Origin: a virus
Taxonomy: Duplodnaviria > Caudoviricetes
DNA: 57,039 nt
Reading direction: 5' to 3' (one strand)
Virus record (IMG/VR): IMGVR_UViG_3300007960_000027
Location: 1-57,039 of that record
Every line of letters starts with the position of its first letter. The first letter of the stretch is position 1. Positions 48,125 through 57,039 of this stretch are shown piece after piece. The notes below the pieces were generated by a model that saw nothing but the letters and a program-made list of their open reading frames with translations, had not been told where the DNA came from and ran no database searches. Position numbers and translations under genes: made by a program.

Positions 48125-48851
48125 TGCTAATAAGAACCCCCTCGAATGTAGCGGATACCGCATTGATCTGGTTCTTGTTACAGCGGGCACGAACCTCAAG
48201 GTCGCTTTTCTCCGGAAGCCAAAGCGGGTAGGTGAACGGGAAAAGAAGCTCCCCACCAGTCACATCGACTTTAACAGAGGTCCTAAACACGCCACCGGGT
48301 TGACGAGTCATGAATCGTATCGTCATGTACGCCCCAGCAGTATCGGTTCCGTGAGTGGCCGTACCGCTGGAAAGGTAAAGAGTTTTACCAGCGGGAACAG
48401 TGTATACCGCCATCAGTGTCTGGTTTTCCCCGGCCGTTATCTGAGCATAGGTCGTGCCACCATTGGCGATGGTGATATTACCTGCGGGTGCCGTTGCACC
48501 CGAAACAAAGGCCCGAAAAACCCGCAGGAACGTCTGTGTGGTTGTCGCCGTTCCACTTGCGTTCAGGGTGACTTCTTCGTTCACCTCGACATAATCGGTA
48601 TCAAGCCCGTAGACCCAAACCCTCACACCAGAATCGGTTGCGCCACTTGCCGAGGTAACAGTCATGGCGACAGCGGAACTCGGATAAGCATAAATGCCCC
48701 CACCATCCCATATGGTCTCTTCGACATTGATGATGTTGGGATTGTAACCGTACTTGAACAACGTGTTGTGCAGATAAATCTGCCCACGCGAGACTTGAAG
48801 CTCGAACGGCTCAGATGTGCCAATCCGTGTGATAGAGCTTATCTGGGCCAT
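48117..48851 (-). CDS. virion-associated beta-rich protein
   Basis: KYGYNP, EETIW, YTVPAGKT. Confidence 0.7.
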   Translation of the reverse strand: MAQISSITRIGTSEPFELQVSRGQIYLHNTLFKYGYNPNIINVEETIWDGGGIYAYPSSAVAMTVTSASGATDSGVRVWVYGLDTDYVEVNEEVTLNASGTATTTQTFLRVFRAFVSGATAPAGNITIANGGTTYAQITAGENQTLMAVYTVPAGKTLYLSSGTATHGTDTAGAYMTIRFMTRQPGGVFRTSVKVDVTGGELLFPFTYPLWLPEKSDLEVRARCNKNQINAVSATFEGVLISNG

Positions 48852-48862
48852 CCGAACCTCGT

Positions 48863-49135
48863 TTAGTTGTAAAACACCGTCATCGCAGTGATGTTTGTGA
48901 ACGCAGAGACGTAGATGTCGCTAACGCGCAGTCCATCCGCCGGTATGTTAACCGAATGCGAATCCGACGCCAGAAAATCCAAGTCCAGAACCGTAGCCCC
49001 GCCGTTGCCATCAGTAATGGTCAACCGAGGAGTGCCTGTTGTGGTCAAGACCTGAATCTGCCGAATACGAGCGGGGCCAACGGCTACAGAACCGGTGCCC
49101 GTTACCCGCTTCGACTGTACGTCAGAGCTTGCCAT
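48863..49135 (-). CDS. small structural protein
   Basis: 90 aa, GPARI, IPADG. Confidence 0.7.
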   Translation of the reverse strand: MASSDVQSKRVTGTGSVAVGPARIRQIQVLTTTGTPRLTITDGNGGATVLDLDFLASDSHSVNIPADGLRVSDIYVSAFTNITAMTVFYN

Positions 49136-49138
49136 AAG

Positions 49139-49234
49139 TCAGTCGCCCTTCTTCGCCGCGGTTTTCTTGGTGCTCTTAGGAGCCGCAGACTTCGCCGCCC
49201 CCTTGTTAAGAACTTTGCTATTTAAAGTGCCCAT
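49139..49234 (-). CDS. 31-aa Lys/Ala-rich peptide (not in ORF track)
   Basis: AAGGTGA RBS, MGTLNSKVLNK...KKGD, fills the gap exactly. Confidence 0.45.
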   Translation of the reverse strand: MGTLNSKVLNKGAAKSAAPKSTKKTAAKKGD

Positions 49235-49242
49235 GCTTCACC

Positions 49243-49728
49243 TTACGATACGGTAGCAGAGAACGGGGTGGCTTCGGTGCCGGTGGCGGCACCAACAACA
49301 CGAACCGACCACAGGTTCGCGGCCACGTCCTGAAGCTCGACGGTGGCACCCTTGATGCCGCCAGTTGTCGAACCGTTGAAAGTGATCGTGTCGCTGTCGG
49401 CGGCAGTCTCGAAAATTGAAGCCGAGGCGTCACTGTCGTTCGCCACGATGGCGGCACCGGCCATGATGTCGGTCGCGTCGGCCACCTTGATGGTCGTGCT
49501 GTTCGACGTGATGGTGGTGGCGACAAAGAACTTGTAGCTGTTGCCGGTGCCGGTAGCCGCCGGAAGGGTCACGGCGATGCCTGCAGCGCGGTCCAGAACG
49601 ACGGTGCGGCCTGCGTGCGCGGCCGAGGTTGCCGTCAGCGTGGCGGCAGTTGCGGAAACCAGCGAGTCTGCACCAGAGATAAAACCAGCGGTCGATACAA
49701 CCGGGCCGGAGAAAGTCGAAGTACCCAT
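49243..49728 (-). CDS. capsid decoration/spike-like protein
   Basis: TFSGPV start, VTLPAATGTG, ATPFS end; follows capsid gene. Confidence 0.65.
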   Translation of the reverse strand: MGTSTFSGPVVSTAGFISGADSLVSATAATLTATSAAHAGRTVVLDRAAGIAVTLPAATGTGNSYKFFVATTITSNSTTIKVADATDIMAGAAIVANDSDASASIFETAADSDTITFNGSTTGGIKGATVELQDVAANLWSVRVVGAATGTEATPFSATVS

Positions 49729-49806
49729 GTGAATCTCCTGTCGTGGGTCAAGTCAGCCGTACCTCACGGCTGTCAGGGATACAGATAACCTACAGGAGTT
49801 TCGTGC

Positions 49807-49835
49807 AAAAAGAAAGGGGCCGCCGAAGCGGCCCC
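49807..49835 (-). terminator. rho-independent terminator after the major capsid gene
   Basis: ggggccgc-ttcg-gcggcccc followed by tttcttttt. Confidence 0.9.
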
Positions 49836-49894
49836 AGTTTGGACGATAGTCCTGTCAAACAGGGAGGAGTTTAACAAGCCTAACCTACCAAACT
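49836..49894 (-). ncRNA. candidate 3'UTR-derived sRNA with anti-SD loop
   Basis: CUUGUUAAAC-UCCUCCCU-GUUUGACAGG inside an AGUUUGG/CCAAACU stem. Confidence 0.45.
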
Positions 49895-49913
49895 TTCATG
49901 CTCACGTCACGCC

Positions 49914-50822
49914 TTATGCAGCGCCCGGCGAACCATAGATGCCCAGCGGGTCCGAGACGCCGAAGCTATAACGCTCACGGGCCTTGTAGCGGACGTTGCC
50001 GGTGTCGAAGTCGCCGTCCATCGACGTTGCCATCGGCGTACGCACGAAGTGCTTCATACCGTTGGGGATGTCGGTGGTCAGGAACCAAGCATCGTTGTCG
50101 GTCAGGTAGTGGTTCACACGGTACCCTTCCGGAATCGACCCGTTCGACTTCAGAGCGTTCAGATCGTTGTCGGCGGTGCCAACACGAAGCTCGGTCTGCA
50201 GCAAACGAGTTGCAACGAACATCAGCGCCGGAGGAACAATCAGCTTACGCGGACGTGCCGCGATCAGCAGGCCACGCTCGTCAGTGTACGCAGCGATGTC
50301 GATCACTGCCTGTTCGAGCGAGGTTTCGTTCAGGTCCGAAGCTACCGTCGGGCGGTTCGAGTTGTTCGAACCGGTGACCGTCGGGTGGGAGGTCGAGAAC
50401 AGGGTAACGCCGTCGCCCGAGTTGAACGAGGTGAAACCGGTGTTCAGCAGCGAAGCTGCCTTGACCTGCTTGGTGTACGCCATGGCACGTGCAAGCGCCT
50501 TGGTGTAGCGGGCCGAGAGCGAATCGTACAGGTTGTCTTCCATCGCCTCTTCGGTGATGGAGAAACCCATAGCGACGGTCTCGTGGGTGTAACGAGCAGT
50601 GAACGCTTCCTGCGCGTTGTCGTAGGAGATCGCCTCACCTTCAGCCTTGGTCGGTGCAGCACCGAAGCCCGAAAGTTTGACTTCTTCTTCGAACGAACGC
50701 TCGGAGTTTTCAGTCTCGTAAATCTCAGCGTGCTCGCCTTCATAGGAGTCATACTCCATGCCGAAGAGCGCGTTGAGGCCGGGAAGCAGCTCTTTAAGGA
50801 GCTGGGCGCGTGAAATAGCCAT
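49914..50822 (-). CDS. major capsid protein
   Basis: MAISRAQLLKELLPGLNALFG, ITEEAMEDNLY, PRKLIVP, YKARERYSFG; strong codon bias; followed by terminator. Confidence 0.9.
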   Translation of the reverse strand: MAISRAQLLKELLPGLNALFGMEYDSYEGEHAEIYETENSERSFEEEVKLSGFGAAPTKAEGEAISYDNAQEAFTARYTHETVAMGFSITEEAMEDNLYDSLSARYTKALARAMAYTKQVKAASLLNTGFTSFNSGDGVTLFSTSHPTVTGSNNSNRPTVASDLNETSLEQAVIDIAAYTDERGLLIAARPRKLIVPPALMFVATRLLQTELRVGTADNDLNALKSNGSIPEGYRVNHYLTDNDAWFLTTDIPNGMKHFVRTPMATSMDGDFDTGNVRYKARERYSFGVSDPLGIYGSPGAA

Positions 50823-50834
50823 CAGTCAGACTCC

Positions 50835-51431
50835 TTATGCTACGCCAAGACCGGCAGTATACGCATGCGACGACGGGTTGAACTTGACCAGTACGTCGGT
50901 GTACGCGTCACCGGCAGTCGATGTGGTGCTTTCCACAAAATCCACGACCTTGAAGGCAATGGTTGCAGTGGTTGCACCGGTTGCAACGTCAAGCGAAATG
51001 CCCGACACGCCGGTCGCCGTGGAACCTGCGGTCTGGTTGACCCCATAGTTCGAGTGGAGGCCAGCCTGCGCGATCGACGCATCCGCTTGGATCATGAACA
51101 ACGTGTCCGGATCGTCCACGACATACGCGACAGCGTCAGAAGCGACAGCGCCCGACGGCCAGTAGTTTTGGGTACGGAGACCCGAGACGGCGTCGGTGTA
51201 GGCGCAGCCCACAAAAACGCCCACTGTACCAGCGGGGAAGGCGTCGGCATTGGTGCCGACATTGGTCACCTTCGTGATGGTGCCGTCGGTGTGCACTTGC
51301 ACAACGTCACCGTTGAAGATGTTGGCTGCATAACCCGATGCAATCTTGATCTGCCGTGTCGAACCAGCGAAGGGGCGACCACCGATAAGATTGACCGGAC
51401 GCAGGCCGTAGGGAGCGGCAGTAGTAGCCAT
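50835..51431 (-). CDS. capsid stabilising/decoration protein
   Basis: APYGLRPV, IFNGD, GVFVGC.Y, VVDDP; precedes capsid gene. Confidence 0.65.
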   Translation of the reverse strand: MATTAAPYGLRPVNLIGGRPFAGSTRQIKIASGYAANIFNGDVVQVHTDGTITKVTNVGTNADAFPAGTVGVFVGCAYTDAVSGLRTQNYWPSGAVASDAVAYVVDDPDTLFMIQADASIAQAGLHSNYGVNQTAGSTATGVSGISLDVATGATTATIAFKVVDFVESTTSTAGDAYTDVLVKFNPSSHAYTAGLGVA

Positions 51432-51460
51432 CTTACTCTCCTTGTTGCGTCAAATGGCAA

Positions 51461-51904
51461 TTACTTGCCAAAACTAGTCCGCGATGATCGCTCCGGTTTA
51501 AGAACGGGCATGCGCGGATCAGACTCGCGAAGGTAGTTACGATCCACAGAATCCATCTGCTGCTTGGCTTTTTGAGCCATTTGATCGTTTCTGTCCTCCA
51601 CGATTTCGGTCGGGATAGAACACAGAAGCAGACCGCCGACTTCGATGTTGCCTTTGAAACGTGAATCCACGTCCGACATCACCATGAGTTCCGGATGGTC
51701 CTCGGCTTTGACTGGCGTGTAGCCCTCACGGAAGCGCATGGACACATTTCGGTTATCTGCCTCACCAAGCGTCGAGGTGCGAATCCAACGGAAGCTCATA
51801 CCGTCCTTGGGTTCGGGGGTGGGCAGGGCCGAGGGTTGTTGCCATGTCCGCTTACGTTCACCCGCGTCACGGGTTTCAGCTGTGCGTGGGGTCCGGTCAG
51901 CCAT
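51461..51904 (-). CDS. conserved head-module protein
   Basis: FRWIR, REGY, VGGLLL. Confidence 0.75.
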   Translation of the reverse strand: MADRTPRTAETRDAGERKRTWQQPSALPTPEPKDGMSFRWIRTSTLGEADNRNVSMRFREGYTPVKAEDHPELMVMSDVDSRFKGNIEVGGLLLCSIPTEIVEDRNDQMAQKAKQQMDSVDRNYLRESDPRMPVLKPERSSRTSFGK

Positions 51905-52823
51905 TTCTCTGGTCCTTCAGTAGTTGCGCCGCATACTGTTCAGGTTTCAACCCAAGGCGCTTGGCGAGAGCAACCTGAGTGGAGGTCAGTTTGACTTTGC
52001 GTGGGTTTTTTGCGCTGCGAACAGCAGGGGCCACCACGTTGGCCGTTTTCCGAGGAGCAACGTCAACCTCTTCCGTTGCACCGCCGAAGCGTTCGGGGAA
52101 GCGCTTGCGCATTCCCTCGTTAATCTTAGCATAATACGTATCGGTGTTTGGATCAACACCGCTGCGTACCAACCGTTCGTGAAGCCCGTAGGCTGCGCCG
52201 GTCATCTCTTCATCCTTGCCAAACCAGTCGTTGTCCAGCAGCCATGCACGCTGCCGGTCATCTAGCTGTGGGGCCTGCGGATGCGCCTGCTGGTACTGCT
52301 GATACGCCCGCTGCAGCTGCTCAGGGCTGTACTGGGGCTGGACAGGTTGGGGTCGCCAGCTTTGCGCTCGGGAGAGACTGTTCTGGGCCTCGACGAGGCG
52401 CTGCTGGGCCTCAACAAGGCCGTCGGCATCCCCCGCCTCGTACGCCAGTTTGTAGTCACGCTTTGCCCGGTCTATTTCGGACTGGTAGCGGGCCTTCGCA
52501 CTCTCAACAACACTGGACTGCCCCTTGGAAAGCCGCTCACTGAGCTGCTGGTTCTCTGCGGCAGCGCGCTGTGCGTACTGGATGGCCTCTTCACGCAGGC
52601 GAATGGCTTCTTGCTTCTGGCGTTCGGCCTCGTGGTACTCGAACTTCAGCTGCTTGATGCGCTTCTGCACAGACTCGCTGTACTTCTCGACTTCATCGTC
52701 GTCAGGGAGGTCTGCTTTGTGGTCCTCCGAGAGACGTGGTTTCTCGTCGGCCGGGACGTCATCCACGACTTCCAGTTCGAAGTCGTCGTCCTCGCGGTCA
52801 ATCTGGTCGGTTTGTTCGTTCAT
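51897..52823 (-). CDS. scaffolding protein
   Basis: acidic N-terminus, coiled coil, NDWFG, C-terminal AKRLGL...YA. Confidence 0.75.
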   Translation of the reverse strand: MNEQTDQIDREDDDFELEVVDDVPADEKPRLSEDHKADLPDDDEVEKYSESVQKRIKQLKFEYHEAERQKQEAIRLREEAIQYAQRAAAENQQLSERLSKGQSSVVESAKARYQSEIDRAKRDYKLAYEAGDADGLVEAQQRLVEAQNSLSRAQSWRPQPVQPQYSPEQLQRAYQQYQQAHPQAPQLDDRQRAWLLDNDWFGKDEEMTGAAYGLHERLVRSGVDPNTDTYYAKINEGMRKRFPERFGGATEEVDVAPRKTANVVAPAVRSAKNPRKVKLTSTQVALAKRLGLKPEQYAAQLLKDQRNG

Positions 52824-52826
52824 GGT

Positions 52827-53192
52827 TTATGCCCTCGTGTAGCCGCGAGGGTCGTCAACGACGGCCTCCACGGTGTCGTCGTTGATAAGGCGGAACTCTT
52901 TTCCACCTACCTTGAATCGGGTTCCGGAGTAGGAGCGGAAGATCACGAAATCTCCCTCCTTACACCACGGCCCGTTCGGAAAGCGATCGTGGTCTGCGTA
53001 CGCCTCACTACCGGCTTTCACAACGAAGCCAATGATCGACGCGGTAGACTCCGCAGCTTTCAACTTGTCGGGCATATAAACGCCGCCTTCGGTCTTCTCG
53101 TCGACCTCCAGTATGGCGATCAGAAGCCGATACCCTTTGGGTTCCGGCAGTTTGTGAACGAGTTTCTCGTCCACCGCAGTGGGTGTATACAT
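52827..53192 (-). CDS. groES: co-chaperonin GroES
   Basis: P.GYRLLI, EKTEGGVYMP, GDFVIF..YSGT, RLINDD. Confidence 0.9.
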   Translation of the reverse strand: MYTPTAVDEKLVHKLPEPKGYRLLIAILEVDEKTEGGVYMPDKLKAAESTASIIGFVVKAGSEAYADHDRFPNGPWCKEGDFVIFRSYSGTRFKVGGKEFRLINDDTVEAVVDDPRGYTRA

Positions 53193-53259
53193 GCTTCCCT
53201 CTGTTCGCAGTGATTAAGGCTCACCGTTGCCTGCCCCGGCCCATCCGGGGTCGCCTCCG

Positions 53260-53442
53260 TTAGGAGGATACGTGCCGCTCAACCAACTCGCGGAGATCGT
53301 CCTCAACCACGTTGAACGCTTCTAAGCGCCCGACGATCCGCTGGTATCCGTCGTAGTCTTTAACGGACCCAGCGGCGAGGTATTCTTTAAGTTGCTCGCG
53401 GTATTCAGCTACCTTCTTTAGAAGGAGTTGTAGTTCGTCCAA
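53260..53442 (-). CDS. small conserved protein after portal
   Basis: GGAG RBS; LAAG.V.DY..Y...VG pattern. Confidence 0.7.
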   Translation of the reverse strand: MDELQLLLKKVAEYREQLKEYLAAGSVKDYDGYQRIVGRLEAFNVVEDDLRELVERHVSS

Positions 53443-55936
53443 GGTCTGCTCCCTTCGCCATTTCAGACGCGATCTTCACGCCCAATTTCGCGCCTTCTGT
53501 CTTCTCCTTGCGGGCACTGGCGTCTAGCTGCGTGGCCATTCGCGCACTGATGTTTGCCGCATCCCGCTGCATATCGGCGTCGAGTCGTTCTTGCTGCAGG
53601 GCCAGATTTCCGGTCCTGGAGGCCGCGTCCAACTTGAAGCGTTCGACTTCAAGCAGGGCTTCGTGCCGCGCCCGGTCTTCCTTCAACTGGACCTCGCGTG
53701 CTTTCAGCTCCAGCTCCGCCTTCTGAATCTGGGTAAGCGGATCGTTCGCCTGCTGCTGCGCCTGCTGCTGCGCCTGCTGCGCTTGGTTGCCCTTCAGGAG
53801 CTTGTCCGCGGCCTGCGCGGCCATGCGTGACACTTCCCGTTCCACGTCCTCGGGCAGCGGAGCCTCCGGGTCAGGCAGCTCCACACCAAGTCGCAGCTGG
53901 ATGTCCACACGATACTGCATGGCGATATGTTCGGTCATGTGCGCCGACAGGGCGTTCATAATTGCGGACGCGAACGGCGACTGCCCGACCATCTGTTGAA
54001 TCTTCGGGTCTTGCGCCATCGCCATGTGCACTTGGATGTGTGCTTCGTGGTCCTGATAGGCGAACGCTTTGACCGGCTCCTGCTTGAGCATCGCCATGTT
54101 TTCAGTGACCGGATCAGCGGGCTTGATGTCGTCCGGCAGCTTGATGATGTCGTCGGCGTCCTGAATGCCCAGTACCTCCAGCATCTGTCGGTGCAGCTTG
54201 CCCATGTCGTAGAGCTGCGGAGCCTGTTGTGCCAGCTGCAGTGCAGACTGATACTGTACAACCCGCTGGGCCATTGTTGCTGCGTTCGGGTCAGACACCG
54301 GGATCACGTCTACGCGACCGTCAAAGTCCTCGGTGCGGCTGAACGATTCCCCGTCTTCGTCGTCCATGTAGGCGTACTGGTCGGGCATGTAGTCATGGAT
54401 CACCCGCGCCAGCAGCCGAAGTTCGTTCTTCATGGATGCGTGCAGACGCGCCTGCACCCCGGACATGACCTTCAGAGACCGTTCAAGCAGGGCCAGCGTG
54501 GTGCCGACCGGAGCTTCCGGGTTCATGTTCCCGACCTGAATGTCCGCCACGGAACCGATCCGGCGGCCTTCTTCGACCACATTACCCAGTAGTTGGTACA
54601 AGACCCCCGACGGTTCCTTGTACGGAAGGAACGTAATGGAGTCGCGGATGGCCCCACCCGGAATGTCCACATCCCTGAACTCGCCCGGCATGATCGGCGT
54701 GTCGTCGCCACGAATGCGCATACCGCGGGCTTTGAGCCCCCCGGGCAGGTTGGACAGAGTGCCGGCGTCAATCAGCTGACGCATGATAGACGTCGCTGAC
54801 TTGGCCAGCCCGCCGATCAAGTGAATCAACCCCGTGCCGTAGAACCCAAGCCCCGGCAGATACTTGTAGTGCACGAAGTGCATGAGTTTCTTTTTCTTCG
54901 GGTCGCCCTCGTCATAGTTACGACGAATTGACAACACCGTCCGCGACGATTTGTCGATAGTGATAACGTATGGCCGCGCGATGCCGTCAGGATCGTCGAA
55001 CTCCTCCGGCATGTTCATATCCACATGCATTTCGAGCAGCGTGTAACGGTCATCATCATCCAGCGTGGCGGACTCGCCGTCGAGGTCGTTGTACTTCTCT
55101 TGGATGTCCGAAAGGTCCGCGGCGGGGGCGGGCAGCTCTACGTCGCGGTAAAACCCACTGACTTGCAGGCGCAGAATCTCGTTGGCATCCTTTTTCATGA
55201 CGTGCGTGTAGCGCGGGCAGGTTTGTAGGTCCGACGCTCCGTACGACACCACGAAGTCCTCTACGGGTACGAACATGGACACGGGGCGCTCGCGAATCGG
55301 ATCGTAGTAGACCTTCTTGAACGCAGACCCGGCCAGCGGGAGGCGGAACAACATCTGCTCCATCTCGTCCCGGTACTCAGTCATCTCTTCGGTCAGCTGG
55401 TAGTTCAACTCGTTCTGCACGCGCTCGGCCTGCTTGAACTTTTCAGGCGTGAGCCTCCCGAGAATCTTGGACTTCGCAGGCCCAGACGCCGGAAAAATCT
55501 CGCCCATGGCCTGTGCTTGAAACCGCACGACCGCCTCGGTGAGCAGTGGGTGGAACACCCCTGACGCGCCCTGCCACGGCTGACTGCGGTCTTCGACCTT
55601 GAAGCCCAGCAGGTCCAGACCCTGCATGTATGCAGCTGCCCAGTCCTTTCGCGACCGGCGGTCCGCTTCGAACTCCTGCACCAGCTCACTGGCCATGGAG
55701 TCCAGTACATCCTCGTCGATGAAGTCCGCGAGGTTGGCGTTGTGGTCCGGCCCAACGAGGTCGTCTGTAATGCCTCCGGTAAAGTCCAGAATCATACCGC
55801 CGTCGTCAGTCTCAATAGAGATCGCGTCCGGATTGATGATCTCCAGTTCGAGATCATCGTCTTCCAGCTCCATATCCTCGCCGTCAATGACGTCCTGCGG
55901 GATATTGAACGGGGTCTGTGCTTTTTCGATGGCCAT
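53405..55936 (-). CDS. portal protein
   Basis: 843 aa; HPLLTEA, GSAFKKVYYD, GFYGTG, RQLIDAGTLSN, PVGTT, Q-rich barrel tail. Confidence 0.9.
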   Translation of the reverse strand: MAIEKAQTPFNIPQDVIDGEDMELEDDDLELEIINPDAISIETDDGGMILDFTGGITDDLVGPDHNANLADFIDEDVLDSMASELVQEFEADRRSRKDWAAAYMQGLDLLGFKVEDRSQPWQGASGVFHPLLTEAVVRFQAQAMGEIFPASGPAKSKILGRLTPEKFKQAERVQNELNYQLTEEMTEYRDEMEQMLFRLPLAGSAFKKVYYDPIRERPVSMFVPVEDFVVSYGASDLQTCPRYTHVMKKDANEILRLQVSGFYRDVELPAPAADLSDIQEKYNDLDGESATLDDDDRYTLLEMHVDMNMPEEFDDPDGIARPYVITIDKSSRTVLSIRRNYDEGDPKKKKLMHFVHYKYLPGLGFYGTGLIHLIGGLAKSATSIMRQLIDAGTLSNLPGGLKARGMRIRGDDTPIMPGEFRDVDIPGGAIRDSITFLPYKEPSGVLYQLLGNVVEEGRRIGSVADIQVGNMNPEAPVGTTLALLERSLKVMSGVQARLHASMKNELRLLARVIHDYMPDQYAYMDDEDGESFSRTEDFDGRVDVIPVSDPNAATMAQRVVQYQSALQLAQQAPQLYDMGKLHRQMLEVLGIQDADDIIKLPDDIKPADPVTENMAMLKQEPVKAFAYQDHEAHIQVHMAMAQDPKIQQMVGQSPFASAIMNALSAHMTEHIAMQYRVDIQLRLGVELPDPEAPLPEDVEREVSRMAAQAADKLLKGNQAQQAQQQAQQQANDPLTQIQKAELELKAREVQLKEDRARHEALLEVERFKLDAASRTGNLALQQERLDADMQRDAANISARMATQLDASARKEKTEGAKLGVKIASEMAKGADLGRTTTPSKEGS

Positions 55937-55945
55937 GATGGCTCC

Positions 55946-56713
55946 TTAATACATCCTGCCTTTGCCACCCATGCCGCCCATCTGCTGGGGCATGGGGCGT
56001 GGCCCAGCGCCGCCTTTGCCACCCCGACCGGTCATCTGCGGGCCGGTATACATGCTTATCTGCGGAGACGGCGTGCCGTAGTTTGAGTACGCCACCGTGG
56101 GTGGGGTGGCTGGGTTCATGTACCCATAGCTTTCGTTGCCCATCTGCTGGGGCATGGGGCGTGGGCCAGCGCCACCTTTGCCGCCGTAGCCACCCATGCC
56201 GCCGTAGCCACCCATGCCGCCCATCTGCTGGGGCATGGGGCGTGGGCCAGCACCACCTTTGCCGCCGTAGCCACCCATGCCGCCGTAGCCGCCCATGCCG
56301 CCCATCTGCTGGGGCATGGGGCGTGGGCCAGCGCCACCTTTGCCACCCATGCCGCCCATCGGCGGGGTCATCTGCTGGGGCATAGGGCGTGGGCCAGCAC
56401 CACCTTTGCCACCCATGCCGCCCATCTGCTGCGCAGGTGATGCCTGCAGCAGCGACTGCAACTGAGCCTGCCTCTGTGGACTCATCGGGTTCTGCAGAGC
56501 GTTACTCAGGCGTTCTTGCTGTGCCTGAAACGGGTCCTGCGGGGACGTAGGGCGTGGGGCCTGCTGGGACGTAGGACGTGGGGCCTGCAGCTGCGTGAAT
56601 AGTGGAGCCTGCTGCGCAGGGCGACTCCCGGCCGGGGTGATATTAAACTTCTCGTTATACCAGCGTGTTGCGGCCGCTTGTTGTTCTGGCGAAGCGTCGG
56701 GGTTAAGCCTCAT
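55946..56713 (-). CDS. low-complexity Gly/Met/Gln repeat protein
   Basis: five GGKGGAGPRPMPQQM units; AAAGGA RBS. Confidence 0.65.
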   Translation of the reverse strand: MRLNPDASPEQQAAATRWYNEKFNITPAGSRPAQQAPLFTQLQAPRPTSQQAPRPTSPQDPFQAQQERLSNALQNPMSPQRQAQLQSLLQASPAQQMGGMGGKGGAGPRPMPQQMTPPMGGMGGKGGAGPRPMPQQMGGMGGYGGMGGYGGKGGAGPRPMPQQMGGMGGYGGMGGYGGKGGAGPRPMPQQMGNESYGYMNPATPPTVAYSNYGTPSPQISMYTGPQMTGRGGKGGAGPRPMPQQMGGMGGKGRMY

Positions 56714-57039
56714 CGTGGCATTCCTTTCGTAGAGCGGTAACTGGACCCGAACGGACTGCTAGGTCCTGTTGGTGTGGATATGGGGCGCGGTCCAGCGCCG
56801 CCTTTGCCACCGTAGGAAGACTTGCTGCTCGCGATAGGTGCCGGACGCGGTCCGGCCGTCCCGTAGCGGACTTCACCTCCACCTTTGCCACTGTTCGTAG
56901 CGGGCGCGGGCGGGGGCGCGGGTCGCGGTCCGGCCGTCCCGTAGCGGACTTCACCTCCACCTTTGCCGCCGTAGGGGGAGCCGCCGTAGGGGGAGCCGCC
57001 GTAGGGGGAGCCGCCGTAGGGGGAGCCGCCGTAGGGGGA
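56710..57039 (-). CDS. 5'-truncated low-complexity protein (SPYGG x5, GKGG..AGPRP)
   Basis: open frame from window edge to TGA at 56710, ATGA overlap with next gene; 15-bp repeat tccccctacggcggc. Confidence 0.65.
   Translation of the reverse strand, partial: SPYGGSPYGGSPYGGSPYGGSPYGGKGGGEVRYGTAGPRPAPPPAPATNSGKGGGEVRYGTAGPRPAPIASSKSSYGGKGGAGPRPISTPTGPSSPFGSSYRSTKGMPR

Noticed and set aside
56703-56960. Track ORF MEVKSATG...
   Set aside because: The alternative frame 56710..57039 is open to the window edge, shares motifs with the next gene and has an ATGA overlap

Overview
The window is most of a roughly 60% GC tailed-phage genome with podovirus-type organisation. The host is probably an alphaproteobacterium, inferred from the lysis module and a GcrA-like protein. 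Positions 1-1480 are a non-coding control region with TGTTCCA iteron-like repeats, an AT-rich tract, divergent sigma70-like promoters and a hairpin-rich leader. Positions 1483-22759 (+) hold early accessory genes (DUF3150-like, AAA+ ATPase, metallopeptidase-vWA, TraR-like Zn finger, Acb2/Tad1-like, Gly-rich pair) and then replication genes (family A DNA polymerase, PD-(D/E)XK nuclease, SNF2 helicase, primase/DUF927 helicase). Positions 22842-57039 (-) hold the virion and lysis genes (portal, GroES, scaffold, major capsid, adaptors, tail, amidase, spanins, internal ejection proteins). No terminase, integrase, tRNA or CRISPR array was seen. The most striking unexplained structure is a 19-bp palindrome, GTTATACG-NNN-CGTATAAC, found 12 times and only in the first 9 kb. 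Seven copies sit directly before early-gene ribosome-binding sites, and six of those carry a second, covarying overlapping hairpin. Other notable items are a 50-bp in-frame copy of part of the AAA gene inside another gene, terminator-linked hairpins carrying anti-Shine-Dalgarno sequence, and a shared xxxGG peptide motif across late proteins. All family names are from motif recognition by eye; no database search was run.
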